Part shown: piece after piece, positions 49,601 through 59,070 of the stretch
Numbering within the stretch: the first letter of the stretch is position 1
Layout: the number at the start of each line of letters is the position of its first letter
Source of the DNA: Eledone cirrhosa
Lineage: Eukaryota
Reading direction: 5' to 3'
NCBI GenBank assembly: GCA_964016885.1
Contig: OZ024761.1
Span: forward strand, 17,670,001-17,734,000
Length of the DNA: 64,000 bases
The notes under the pieces: model-generated
What the model was told of the DNA's origin: nothing
Database searches by the model: none
Seen by the model: only the letters and a program-made list of their open reading frames with translations
Program-made: the position numbers and the translations under genes

Positions 49601-50196
49601 GTAAAGTCCCTCCTAATAACTCTGTCCATGTATTGCTGCAGGTTTGTTTCATATTAAACAATTACCAAAGCTGAACGCTATCAGATGTCACATGCCTGAT
49701 ACAACAGACTGGGCCTTTAAACTGAGACGGAAGAAGTTTGTTATTGAGGTAAGTCTTACTTGCAGAATCATGTTACACCACTGTGTTACAATACCATGTT
49801 ACACCACTGTGTTACACTGCCATGTTACAACAGTGTTACACTACCATGTTTCACCAGTGTTACACTACCATGTTACACCACTGTTACAATACCATGTTAC
49901 ACCAGTGTTACACTACCATGTTACACCACTGTGTTACACTACCATGTTACACATCATGTTACACTACCATATTACACTACTGTGTTTCACTGCCACGGGT
50001 GGGGGTGGGGGTGATGGTGGCGATGTTGGTGGTGAGAATGCTTGCGATGATGATGACTTGTTTTTTTTTTCAGAAACTCCATTTGCCTCCCGATCTATCC
50101 GAGACTGTCAGCCGTTCAGAAAGTCGTCCTACAGTAATGCCAATGGCTAATATGGGATGTGGTGGCACAGTGAGCCATGGACATCTGGACTTCTGA
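25756..50196 (+). CDS. ELP4: Elongator complex protein 4, spliced gene span (9 coding exons in window, 5'-partial)
   Basis: Exons 25756-25791, 35241-35362, 39374-39478, 43892-44019, 45093-45235, 46066-46235, 49016-49124, 49642-49748 and 50074-50196 are GT-AG and phase-compatible. The joined protein has ELP4 motifs GGG.AVG.V.LIEED, LLKYFL.E, MKIAWRYQ, FGHYYD, LRI.I.SLGSPLWG, LESF.GS..ENPLYKEYHG, AFKLRRKKF.IE.LHLPPDLSETVSRS and terminal HLDF. Confidence 0.95.
25874..25994 (+). mobile_element. 5'-truncated SINE-B between ~89-bp direct repeats
   Basis: GAGTTCAAATCCCGCCGAGGTTAACTTTGCCTTTCATCC...; flanks 25785-25873 and 25995-26083 are duplicated. Confidence 0.8.
26084..29501 (+). mobile_element. 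Full-length RTE (BovB-like) LINE, APE + RT, inactivated by stops and frameshifts
   Basis: TSD TAACATGGCC (26074-26083, 29502-29511); APE GYWNIRTL, GDMNAQIG, SDHYL; RT GVRQGCSFSP, FADD, FTYLG, LLYGSETW; hexamer tail TCTGAA-TCTGAG-TCTAAG. Confidence 0.92.
29771..29841 (-). pseudogene. tRNA pseudogene or isolated SINE head
   Basis: GGCCGCTTAGCTCAATGGTGAGAGC...CAAGGTTCAATCCCTTG.AGCAGCT: acceptor, D and T arms pair; anticodon arm does not. Confidence 0.55.
29870..30077. mobile_element. piggyBac-type MITE
   Basis: TTAA|CCCTTTAGCATTT...TAAAGGA|TTAA. Confidence 0.75.
30484..34781. repeat. 4.3-kb minisatellite, 46-52-bp unit TTGCTTGAGTATAGTACATCTTCTATTCATTGCCTG(TA)n, ~90 copies
   Basis: Direct reading; located in ELP4 intron 2. 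Confidence 0.97.
34863..35086 (-). mobile_element. SINE-B with ~24-bp TSD
   Basis: CTTGTTGACAATAACAATAATATT on both sides. Confidence 0.85.
35241..35362 (+). CDS. ELP4: ELP4 exon 3 (122 bp): EEDSFGHYGQLLLKYFLSEAVMTGQSVLLAGTEDQPDSILK
   Basis: Polypyrimidine tract + tag acceptor, gtatgt donor; LLKYFL.E motif. Confidence 0.95.
35378..35646 (+). mobile_element. CR1 3' fragment
   Basis: Matches the 3' end of the 10186 element; (ATT)n tail. Confidence 0.8.
35648..36086 (+). mobile_element. Two tandem SINE-B copies inserted in (ATT)n tails
   Basis: Heads at 35648 and 35860, each with the central GCCTTTCATCCTTAYGGGGTCGATAAAA domain. Confidence 0.85.
36582..36915 (+). mobile_element. SINE-A with RTE-identical tail
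   Basis: Ends CCCGTCCCACCCTTGCAAGCAGGGAAAAGCGGACGTAAAATGATGATG. Confidence 0.9.
37047..37087 (-). ncRNA. Minimal type I hammerhead ribozyme motif with GUC site
   Basis: GCT-CTGAGGA-ACAC(caaca)GTGT-GAAA-CAG(aat)CTGTC-AGC. Confidence 0.75.
37708..37773 (-). ncRNA. Type I hammerhead ribozyme motif, family H1 copy d
   Basis: TATTTTGT-CTGAGGA-AGGCATAGCATATT(gtt)AATATGATATCCCT-GAAA-TATATATA-ATGAAATA. Confidence 0.7.
37963..38177 (+). mobile_element. SINE-B in (TA)n
   Basis: Family head and central domain. Confidence 0.85.
38448..38798 (-). mobile_element. SINE-A, full length
   Basis: Reverse complement of the 36582/11511 copies. Confidence 0.9.
38868..39339. mobile_element. Tigger/pogo-type MITE with nested SINE-B fragment; related copy begins at 59417
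   Basis: CAGTTGTCCCCTGGTATTCG ... CGAATGCTGGTGGTACACTG|TA imperfect TIRs. Confidence 0.55.
39374..39478 (+). CDS. ELP4: ELP4 exon 4 (105 bp): ELPKPVDDVTPTQSNMMQTDEMKIAWRYQHLNKYQ
   Basis: tgtag acceptor, gtatgt donor; ELP.P and MKIAWRYQ motifs. Confidence 0.95.
39490..40414. repeat. ~115-125-bp compound minisatellite directly after ELP4 exon 4
   Basis: GCATCTGTGTATATGTGTGCATGTGGGCC...GGAGGGTGATATATGAT...GGAAGGAACTGTATTG(TG)n, ~8 copies. Confidence 0.9.
40576..40780. mobile_element. piggyBac-type MITE
   Basis: TTAA|CCCTTTAGCATTTAAACCGGCC...AAATGCTAAAGG. Confidence 0.7.
41361..42315 (-). mobile_element. Non-autonomous Helitron
   Basis: Minus strand starts TC and ends with hairpin CCCGAGCAATGCTGGG then CTAG; inserted at A|T without TSD, splitting the local repeat unit TTATTAGAAA|TATGGTAATAAA. 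Confidence 0.8.
42680..43192. repeat. (GGT/GAT/GTT)n trinucleotide tract
   Basis: Direct reading. Confidence 0.9.
43668..43830 (+). mobile_element. SINE-A 5' half; another at 46411-46570
   Basis: Same tRNA-like head. Confidence 0.85.
43892..44019 (+). CDS. ELP4: ELP4 exon 5 (128 bp): SNPTAVKFGHYYDLSQYMEDDMVSSADVTSVTLQQLSSQEHL
   Basis: ttttcttccag acceptor; FGHYYD motif; weak phase-2 donor gtaact inferred from frame compatibility with the next exon. Confidence 0.85.
44230..44447 (-). mobile_element. SINE-B
   Basis: Family sequence on the reverse strand. Confidence 0.8.
45093..45235 (+). CDS. ELP4: ELP4 exon 6 (143 bp): EVQLGIEPTNPEGSACLRCLLLHIQQCIQDGQFGTQDQPEKHNVLRI
   Basis: tttttcag acceptor, gtgact donor; LL..IQ..I....F and N.LRI motifs. 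Confidence 0.85.
45300..45770. repeat. 38-bp AT-rich minisatellite after ELP4 exon 6
   Basis: TACAATAATTTACTATATATACATTATTTTACTACATA, ~11 copies. Confidence 0.9.
46066..46235 (+). CDS. ELP4: ELP4 exon 7 (170 bp): AIPSLGSPLWGNLKTKESDGLLSIVDTDLLRFLLALRAILRSSFAVCMLTVPSLIME
   Basis: accag acceptor, gtaagt donor; LGSPLWG and FL..LR..LR.S motifs. Confidence 0.93.
46764..46830 (+). ncRNA. Type I hammerhead ribozyme motif, family H1 copy e, sense strand of ELP4 intron 7
   Basis: TATTTTAT-CTGATGA-GGACGTACTGTTGAG(gttaa)CTCAGTACCTCT-GAAA-TATGTATA-ATAAAATA. Confidence 0.7.
47276..48168 (-). mobile_element. Internally deleted Tc1/mariner transposon, DD37D (maT) type
   Basis: TA TSD; TIR CAGGGTGYGGACRATATTTGTTCGCAA; WQQDSAPCH...WPPSSPDCNP with 37 residues to the frameshifted third catalytic position. 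Confidence 0.85.
48259..48302 (+). ncRNA. Degenerate minimal hammerhead motif (GAAA changed to TAAA)
   Basis: ACCGTT-CTGACGA-TGGC(cagttaa)GCCT-TAAA-TGCATA-GACGGT; palindromic stem III ATGCAT. Confidence 0.55.
48345..48966 (+). mobile_element. SINE-B cluster whose 3' 77 bp are tandemly amplified about 5 times
   Basis: GGTCAATAAAATAAAGTACCAGTAATGCACTGGG... at 48664, 48741, 48818 and 48895. Confidence 0.85.
49016..49124 (+). CDS. ELP4: ELP4 exon 8 (109 bp): DGNFIHKIELLCDTVVHLESFAGSSRAENPLYKEYH
   Basis: cacag acceptor, gtgggt donor; LESF.GS...NPLYKEYHG motif. Confidence 0.95.
49642..49748 (+). CDS. ELP4: ELP4 exon 9 (107 bp): GLFHIKQLPKLNAIRCHMPDTTDWAFKLRRKKFVIE
   Basis: ctgcag acceptor, gtaagt donor; AFKLRRKKF.IE motif. 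Confidence 0.95.
49770..49990. repeat. 24-26-bp minisatellite in ELP4 intron 9
   Basis: ATGTTACACCACTGTGTTACACTACC units. Confidence 0.85.
50074..50196 (+). CDS. ELP4: ELP4 last coding exon: KLHLPPDLSETVSRSESRPTVMPMANMGCGGTVSHGHLDF*
   Basis: Poly-T + cag acceptor; LHLPPDLS.TVSRS and GCG...HLDF motifs; TGA stop. Confidence 0.95.
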   Translation, partial: KLHLPPDLSETVSRSESRPTVMPMANMGCGGTVSHGHLDF

Positions 50197-50680
50197 GAGT
50201 ATTATAGGCTGTGGTGACACAGTGAGCCATGGACATCTGGGAGTAATATAGGCTGTGGTGACACAGTGTGCCATGGACATCTGGGAGTAATATAGGCTGT
50301 GGTAACACAGTGTGCCATGGACAACTGGACATCTGGGAGTAATATAGGCTGTGGTGACACAGTGTGCCATGGACATCTGGGAGTAATATAGGCTGTGGTG
50401 ACACAGTGTGCCATGGACATCTGGGTGTAATATAGGCTGTGGTGACACAGTGAGCCATGGACATCTGGGAGAAATATAGGCTGTGGTGACACAGTGTGCC
50501 ATGGACATCTGAGAGTAAAATGGGTTGTGGTGGCACAGTAAGCCATGGACATCTGAGAGTAAAATGGGTTGTGGTGGCACAGTAAGCCATGGACATCTGA
50601 GAGTAATGCAGGCTGTGGTGGCACAGTGTGCCATAGACATCTGGACTACTAAGAGTAATATTGGTTGTAATGGCACAGTC
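50153..50680 (+). repeat. 44-bp minisatellite spanning the ELP4 stop codon and 3'UTR
   Basis: GGCTGTGGTGACACAGTGWGCCATGGACATCTGGGAGTAATATA, ~11 copies; the first unit is the coding GCGGTVSHGHL. Confidence 0.9.
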
Positions 50681-50809
50681 CCTGGTCAATCCAACTATCT
50701 TCCTCAGAAACACTGAAACGATCTGACTTTTGTTTTATTTTCATTGTTCAACACACACTTACACACATACATATAGATATAAAGGACCCTAATCTGAGCA
50801 GATTCTTCT

Positions 50810-51203
50810 TCAAGGAAACCTTACACAGTGAGTACCTACCAAAAAACTATAGGACTCACTGCCTGAAGCCCCCACTCGGTCACGAATGACCATGGTTTTG
50901 CACCTAGAAAGTTTCCCTCTGAGGCACAAGCCTAGGCAAGATTTGTTTTGTGGAAGACCAGCAGTCGTCCATGCATACCAGCCTCCCCTCTTCACGCCAC
51001 CGATGTTGTCCAAGGGAAAAGCAATGATCGATACAGCTTGGAACCAGTGACGTTGCAACTCATTTCTACAACTGAGTAAACTGGAGCAACATGAAATAAA
51101 GTGTCTTGCTCAAGGACACAACACATCACCCAGTCCGAGAATCAAACTCGCAACCTCTCAATTGCAAGCCCAATGCTCTAACCACTAAGCCATGCGCCTC
51201 ACT
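50810..51203 (-). mobile_element. SINE related to family A (same head, different body)
   Basis: Reverse complement GAGGCGCATGGCTTAGTGGTTAGAGCATTGGGCTTGCAA. Confidence 0.75.
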
Positions 51204-51417
51204 GCCTAATCTCGCTGTAACCATATCTTCAAGGCCACATTGAGTGCTAACAGTATTATCGGCCCCAGCACAAACTGGTTGAAACCAATATATATATATA
51301 TGTGTGTGTTTATATATCTATGTATATATATATATATGTGTGTGTGTGTATATATATATCTATGTATATATATATATATATGTGTGTGCATGTGTGTATA
51401 TATATATATATATATAG

Positions 51418-52389
51418 AAAAATACAATATGTTGAAAAGGTAACACACTAGAGAGAGAGAGTATGTATATGCCATCAATAAAACAGGGAAAACCACCAGT
51501 GTATGGAATCTATATCTATGGAAGACAGGGTAGACACTCCAGACAATTCTAAGAGAATCTAAAGCGACCGTCCAGCTACACGCAGCACAGAGATGTCACA
51601 GCGTGTTTAGGGCAGTGAACCAGTTGTGTCTGAGGTACGAGCTGCTAGAAAGGGCAGCCCAAAAACCACTTGAAGTGTGCTCAACCAAAGAGAGAGATAG
51701 GAAAGACTGTTATAAGGAGCCATATATAACGATAAATTCACGGAGCCATATACTCTCGTTATTCCCTGTCAATAATGTGCTCAAAGGAAAAAGAATCCTG
51801 AGCTCTTTAAAATACAATATGTTGAAAAGGTAACACACTAGAGAGAGAGTATGTGTATGCCATCAATAAAACAGGGAAGCCATCAGTGTATGTAATCTAT
51901 AATCTATGGAAGACAGGGTAGACACACAATAATTAAAAATATAAATTAAAATGTATATATGCAGATGAAGGCTTATACATGTAGTTGACTGAAATGGAAT
52001 AGCCTATGGTTCATCAGCGCGTTGCAAGCTGGAATTTATAGTCTTGCAACGCGCTGATGAACCATAGGCTATTCCATTTCAGTCAACTACTTCCTGGCGA
52101 AACAGATCACTTTGGATTTGTACGCGTGTGTTATATAGTTGTATAGGTGCGTATATACATTTTAATTTATATTTTTAATTATTGTGTGTCTACCCTGTCT
52201 TCCATAGGTTATAGATTCCATACACTGATGGCTTCCCTGTTTTAGTGATGGCACACACATACTCTCTCTCTCTCTCTAGTGTGTTACCTTTTCAACATAT
52301 TGTATTTTAAAGAGCTCAGGATTCCTTTTCCTTTGAGCACATTATTGACAGGGAATAACGAGAGTCTATGGCTCCGTGAATTTATCGTG

Positions 52390-52392
<3 letters not shown>
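51418..52392. repeat. Direct-plus-inverted repeat element in (TA)n with a Penelope pLTR-like arrangement
   Basis: 51418-51537 repeated at 51809-51926; 51725-52035 inverted at 52043-52390; hammerhead-like CTGATGA...GCGAAAC at 52054-52103. Confidence 0.7.
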
Positions 52393-52425
<33 letters not shown>

Positions 52426-53784
52426 TCCATATATGATGTTATCCAAGTTAAAGGCAAAGGCAGATACAGCTTAGCTTGAGTGCAGTGTTGTCACAACTCA
52501 TATATACACTATATATTTGTTATATATATGAACTATGTATACCATATATACATATATAAAGCATTAACCTAATATATTCCTTCCATATACTGTACCGATT
52601 GTGTTGTTATTTCTGTTTATCTTTTACATATATATATATATATTTAATATAGAAATGGCTTCTACAGGACTAGAACTGTTTCATTCAGGAGAAATCATCT
52701 GGAAGCCTTGATGGTTAAGAGGGGCACAGTGAAGGGTTAAAATATAAGTTTATCCAGGGTTCAATCGGGGGTAACCACATTAAGTAAGGTACTCAATACA
52801 TAGCAGAGTATAAATATTTAATATAGAAATGGCTTCTACAGGACTAGAACTGTTTCATTTCAACTGATGATTTCTCCCGAATGAAACAAGTCTAATCATG
52901 TAGAAGCCATTTTTATATTAAATATTTATACTCTGCTATGTATTGAGCACCTTACTTACTGTGGTTACCCCCGATTGAATCCGGGATAAACTTGTGTATA
53001 CGATGTTGTCTAAGGGAAAGATGAAGGCTTATACAGCTTGGTACCAGTGTTGTCACAGGTGAACACAGAATACAACTGACTGAAAGAGTTTCAGTCTTAA
53101 CCATCATTATAACATGATATAAAATATCTTGTGGTCCTAAATCCGGTTCCTAGCATTCTCAGTTCCAGACCCTACGATGGACAGGCGTCCTATTCAGAGG
53201 AGAGTCATGGAAACTGAGATACGCACCAGTCTGATGAGCCTCTGGGTTCAAGACAGGCATTAGCCTATGGCAATAGTAACCTCACAGAATTGTCATACCA
53301 TTCAAAGGGATGCTTTCTGGTATTGGTTCTAAGTTCCAATCGTTTTTTTCCATCCTTCCAGATAAAGAACCTGTCCCTATCCCTAACTGTCAGAGATGGG
53401 CATATGATATTTGTTTCACCAATGTCACTTCTGAGTTCAAATCTTGGAGGGTAACCACATGCAGTCGAAGTTTCCATTTTGAGAACACGTCGTTTCCTCC
53501 TACCTATGTCAGAGGCATTGGAAAATATCTTCATCAGCACTAAAGATCCTTCCCTCTTTAAAGAAGTGATAAAAGAAAGAAACAAAGACTGTCATTCATC
53601 GATTTTAATTATTTCTGAAAGGAGGATTGTCTCCATTTAAACAGTAATTGTATAATTACCTCCCCTTTAATAACGCTAAAAAAAAATTCTTCAGGTTATC
53701 TGCCCTTAATATGAAAATATTTATACGTTTAATCTGTCAAGTGGCTTAGTGGTGAGGGTATTATTATTATTATTTTTAATTTTA

Positions 53785-56700
53785 TTCTTTCCTTATTCCC
53801 AGTACTCTGAACGCGACTTGAAATAACTATACTGGTATTTTCGAAACATCTTTTGCATTCGTTTGTAAGAGGTAACCTTTTCCATGCCGTCTCTGTTAGT
53901 GTAGAACTGTAGGTTGACTTGCTTCGTTTATACAACTCGTTAACATGCTTATTATTATTATTATTATTATTATGAGGGCGGTGAATTGGCAGTATCGATA
54001 GAGGGTTGGACGTCATGCTTTCTAGTATAGTTACGTCCCTTTACAGTCTGAGTTCAAATCCCGCCAAGGTTAACTTAGCCTTTCATCCTTACAGGGTCGA
54101 TAAAATAAAGTACCAGTAATGTACTGGGTAATTGCTGGCCTTGTGCCTAAAGTAGAAACAATTATTATTATTATATACTTTCACACATACATACATTATA
54201 TTTATACACATATAGTATTTTATTATTAAGTTTGTATTCTTTCTAATAAGAAGAGATAGGAATAATAAGTAAAGTTAAAACTAAATTATAATGATATAAC
54301 AACAGTATATAATAGTTTTGTCCACTTTATTGAGATTCAAACATTTTAAAGAAAAAAACATGATAGTAAAAGAAATATATTTAATATAATAGCATATAAT
54401 ATTTCAGGCAGGATGGTCGTTTCTCTTGTCTTCCACCTCTAGTTGTAGATTCGTCATGGTCAGTGAAAGTTCGTTCCAGCCATAATTATGTCATCGACGT
54501 ATGCATTAGTTTAATTTCTTCTTAAATGAAGTACAAATCTTGTGGTCTATAAATCATGTTTACACTCCATGTAATAATTCGTACGTTTTTTTACTTTAGG
54601 TGAAACATATATATAAAAACGTCTGTGGCTTTAGTATACCTTTAAGTTTGATTTCAATAGAAAAATACTTACTGAACATGTGTAACACAATTATAACTGG
54701 AGCTAAAAAGTTCCTAGCCACTAGAAAATCTATTTGATAGAAGTTATTTCCAAGTTCTACATACTGTGAATATCCCTTCTACTTTTAATAAGCTTGTGTT
54801 TGTTAAGGAAACATTCTCTGATTTAGAAACCCTGATCTTCTCGCACCATCGTTGTAGTAATTCAGGTTTTATTTCAGAATTGAAGCAACTGTACATTGCA
54901 GCATACATATAAACTTTATTGGCATATTAGAATTGTTTCAATATCGATAACTTTGGGTACAATCATAAGATATATATATATCTTTTATTTTTCACATTGA
55001 ATCAATATGCATCTAGCCATTGTGTCTTGATTTTAAAGCGACGTAATTCTACCTCCCAGTGATTTGAACACAGTTTCATGTTACTGGGTGGTACAATGAA
55101 GCAGAAAGAGTATAAATTCGCTACACCGGTGGCATATTAAGTGTTTCACCGGTTTTCTTATAACAACACACTGGATACGACTTGCATGATAGAGGTAAAG
55201 TTTTATTTGTCTTCTGTGTTAGAGTATAACTGTAGTTTGACTTGTTAAATTTATAGTATATATCTGTTATATATATTCTTAACTATGCTATGATAGTATC
55301 TCAATTACTAATTTCATCTCTTCGGAGGTTACTGCTCTGATATCATCTCTTCCACTAAGACACTCTCCATAGCCTTGCCTCTCCTTGTATCATCACCCAA
55401 AGTTGTATCAATCTCCACAAAGCCAACACTTCTCATTATGTCTAAGAAAGCCACCTCAAGCAAGTGTTTCGACGTGTGTGTGTAGAATAAACGCAAGGTT
55501 TGACGGAACAAGAAAATAAAAATATTCCTTCTGATATATATATATCTTGTACATTGTATTATATTAAGGTGTTTCTGTAAATTAAAAACAATGAAATTGA
55601 CCCCTAAATTTAACGACACTTTTATATTAACAGACATTCTTCATCTTCATAGTAAGTTAAATCAAGGGTTTACTACTTGGTGCATTTATGTGTCTTTGTC
55701 TCATCTCCAAATAAAGTTTTAAATAGTATGGCACGTTTATTTATATGCTGACTGTCTTACCACCAGAGAGAGAAAAATAAAGCTTTAAATGGTATGACTA
55801 CGTGTTCAAAGCAAGCAAATTCCTTACAGTGTGAGGATAAAAAAAAATTAATGTTTAAAGTTGATTCGAAATCCAACCACGGCATTCCCTAGTTCTACGT
55901 CTTACCACTAGACTATAAAGACTTAACTGATTTTCTTCTTAATATATACATATATAAACTTATTTTCAGTCTAACAATAAAATAGCTTTAAATGTGTCTA
56001 TTTCCACTCTGTATTTGTTAGTCTGTAGGTGGCCGTGTGGGTAGTTGAGGAGTATCTACGCATCAATTGAGTGTGTATAGATTGGTGATAGGGTTTCGAT
56101 CTTCTACTTTATCTTAAATTTAAATAAGTTTTATTTTTTTCATCTAAAGAATGGTCTCCACCTTTTTATTAGTTCCCCCTCCGCTCGAACCTACACTACC
56201 ACCAAGTGGCCGTCATTCTACTGCGCAAATTTCATATATTTAAATCTATTTTAGCATTTCTTTGATAAAGAACCACATACGATGTTTGACATAATTGAAA
56301 AAAAAGAAAAAAATATTATTTTACTATTTCATAAGCTCTGGCAGGTATCGAAAACCTCATATATGGATTCATTTTACTTACATCATAAACACACATATGT
56401 ATATATAATAATAATTTTTTGATAACTTTTCAGTGACAAAATACATACATGGATAGGGTTTCCAATCCCAGAAATATCTCCACTAGAGATGTGTGTGTGT
56501 GTGTATATCTTTATTATTTCTTTGAAAAGTAGTTTTAATTTAAAAAAATTATATATTTCACTATTTCCAAAGTCCTGGCAGATATTCCATCTCCATCTAT
56601 AGATTCATTTAAATACATTGTATTTGACTTACGTGAAATTAAATATATAATTTTTTTCTAAATTTTGTTTTCAAGTACCAAAATAAAAACAAATTAGTAA

Positions 56701-59070
56701 GGTTTTCAGTCTCTTAAATGCGTGATTGTTATAGACACTTAGCTATTATTGTCGGGCTGTCATATTTACCGTCATGTGTGCATTTAAATCTGACTGAGTC
56801 AATCCTCCCATTCTCCTGGTCTAAAAACGGCCTATTTATTTTACAGGAGAGAAAGCGAGATACCTTTCTTATGCCTTTAAACGTTCATTTTGCACTTGAC
56901 TTATAATTCCCATTCCTTCTCTTTAGATTGAATAAACAAAAATATTTTACGTCTACAATTATATTCAACATAATTCATGTCAGTCTTCACAGTGAAGTTT
57001 TTGCTACATCTGATTCAAGCTGTTATGGCTTTGGGAGGAAAGTATCCAGCTAAGAATGTATTCCGTAGTAAGTGTCATAAGAAAGATTTGTAGTTCTAAG
57101 AAACCTAACAAATAGATTTCAAATTTGTCGGCAAGTAAACAAAACTTTAAAATAAGCAATACTAAAGCCACAAACGTTTTTCTATCTACGTCTCACCTGA
57201 AGAAAAAAAAAAAAAAAAAAACCGCTCGAATGATTACGAGGAGTGTAAATAGATAAATATAGCTAATGAACCATTAATTTCTGTATTGTGTAAAGATACT
57301 CTAACACAGACGGGGCCTAAGAAAAACATAACATTACCGTTTATGAACACATTTCGGAGTCATACTAACTAAATCTATTTTAGCATTTCTTCAATAAAGA
57401 ACAACATACAGTGTTTGACATAATTGGAAAAAAATAATATTGTGTTACTATTAAGCTTTGGCAGATATTGAAATCCTATCTACAGATTCGTTTAAATATA
57501 TTATATTGGACTTAAAACTGAGGAAATTATTTTTAAACGTTTGTTTTCCAGTACCAAAATAAAAATACATTAGTAAGGTTTTCTGTCTCATAAATGCGTG
57601 GTTGTTATAGACACTTAACTATTGTTGTAGGGGTACCGTAATTACCGTCATGTGGGCATTTAAACCTGACCGAGTCAATCCTCCCCTCCTCCTGGTTTAA
57701 TAACTGCCGATTTATTTTGCCAGAGAGAAAGAGATATTTTTCTTTTCTTTAAACGTTAATTTTGCACTTGGCTTATAATTCCTTTTTCTTCTCTTAGATT
57801 GAATAAACCTCAACAATTATATTCAACATAACTCATATTAGTATTCACAGTCAAGGACCTGTTTTTACTGTATCTGCTTCAAGATATTATAGGTGGGATA
57901 AGGCAGTACAACCCAAAATAAAGTGTCAAAAGAAGGGACACTGATATAAGGTTTGTTGGACTAAGCAACCGAAGAAATAGATTTTAAAGTTTTAGGCAAT
58001 AATGAAGACAATTCTGACCAAGATTAGACTCTTACATCCATATTAGCCTCTGTCAATTCAGTAGACCACTGAACTTTATTCATAATCAGAAAACAAGGCC
58101 ACTTATTGACAATAGACCAGACAAAACATTTAACAACAATTACTACAGCGATGGTGCGAGAAGATCAGGGTTTCTAAATCAGAGAATGTTTCTTTAACAC
58201 AAACGTATAAAAAGTAGAAGGGATATTGGCAGTGCATAGAACTAGGAAATAACTTCTATCAAATAGATTTTCTAGTGGCTAGGAACTTAGTAGCTCCAGT
58301 TATAATTGTGTTACACAATGTTCAGTAAGTATTTTTCTATTGAAATCAAACTGAAAGGTATACTAAAGCCACAGACGTTTATATATATATATGTTTCATC
58401 TAAAGTAAAAAAAACGTACGAATTATTACAAGCAGTGTAAGCACGAATTAAAGCTAATAAATGTACCAAGAAGGCTACCTCAAGATTTGCAATTCATTCA
58501 AGAAGAAATCAAACTTATGCATATGTCGACGACATCATTATGGCTAGAGAGGACATGAAGAATCTACAACTAGAGGTGGAAGACAAGAGAAACGACCATC
58601 CTACCTGAAATATTATATGTTATGATATTAAATATTTCTTATACTGTCATGTTTTTTTCTTTAAAACGTTTGCATCTCAATAAAGTGGAGAAAACTATTA
58701 TATACAGTTGTTATATCATTATACTTTAGTTTTAACTTATTATTTTTATCTCTTCACATTAGAAAGAATAAAAACTTAGTAAAATCCTATATGTGTATAA
58801 ATATAATATATGTAAGTGTGTTTGAAAGTATATAATAATAATAATATGAATGTTGACAAAGAGTTGTAAAATCCAAGCAAGGCAACCTACAGTTTTACAC
58901 TAACAGAGACGGCTTAGAAAACGTTACCTCTTCCAAACGAATGCGAAAGAGATTGTTTCGAAACTGCCGGTGTAACACTAAATATATTACCGGTGCAACT
59001 ATTTTAGTTTACCCTTTTATAAACTCACTCCAGTCATTTCAAATCGTGTTCAGAGTACCGGCAATAAGAA
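53785..59070. repeat. Long diverged inverted repeat (arms ~53785-54862 and ~58138-59070)
   Basis: For example TCGCACCATCGTTGTAGTAATT versus AATTACTACAGCGATGGTGCGA; the left arm carries an extra SINE-B (53974-54172). Confidence 0.85.

Noticed and set aside
53205-53265. CTGATGAG as a hammerhead core
   Set aside because: No stem II followed by GAAA downstream; the context (CCCTACGATGGAC..CGTCCTATTCAG...GAAACTG.GATA) looks like a decayed SINE central domain.
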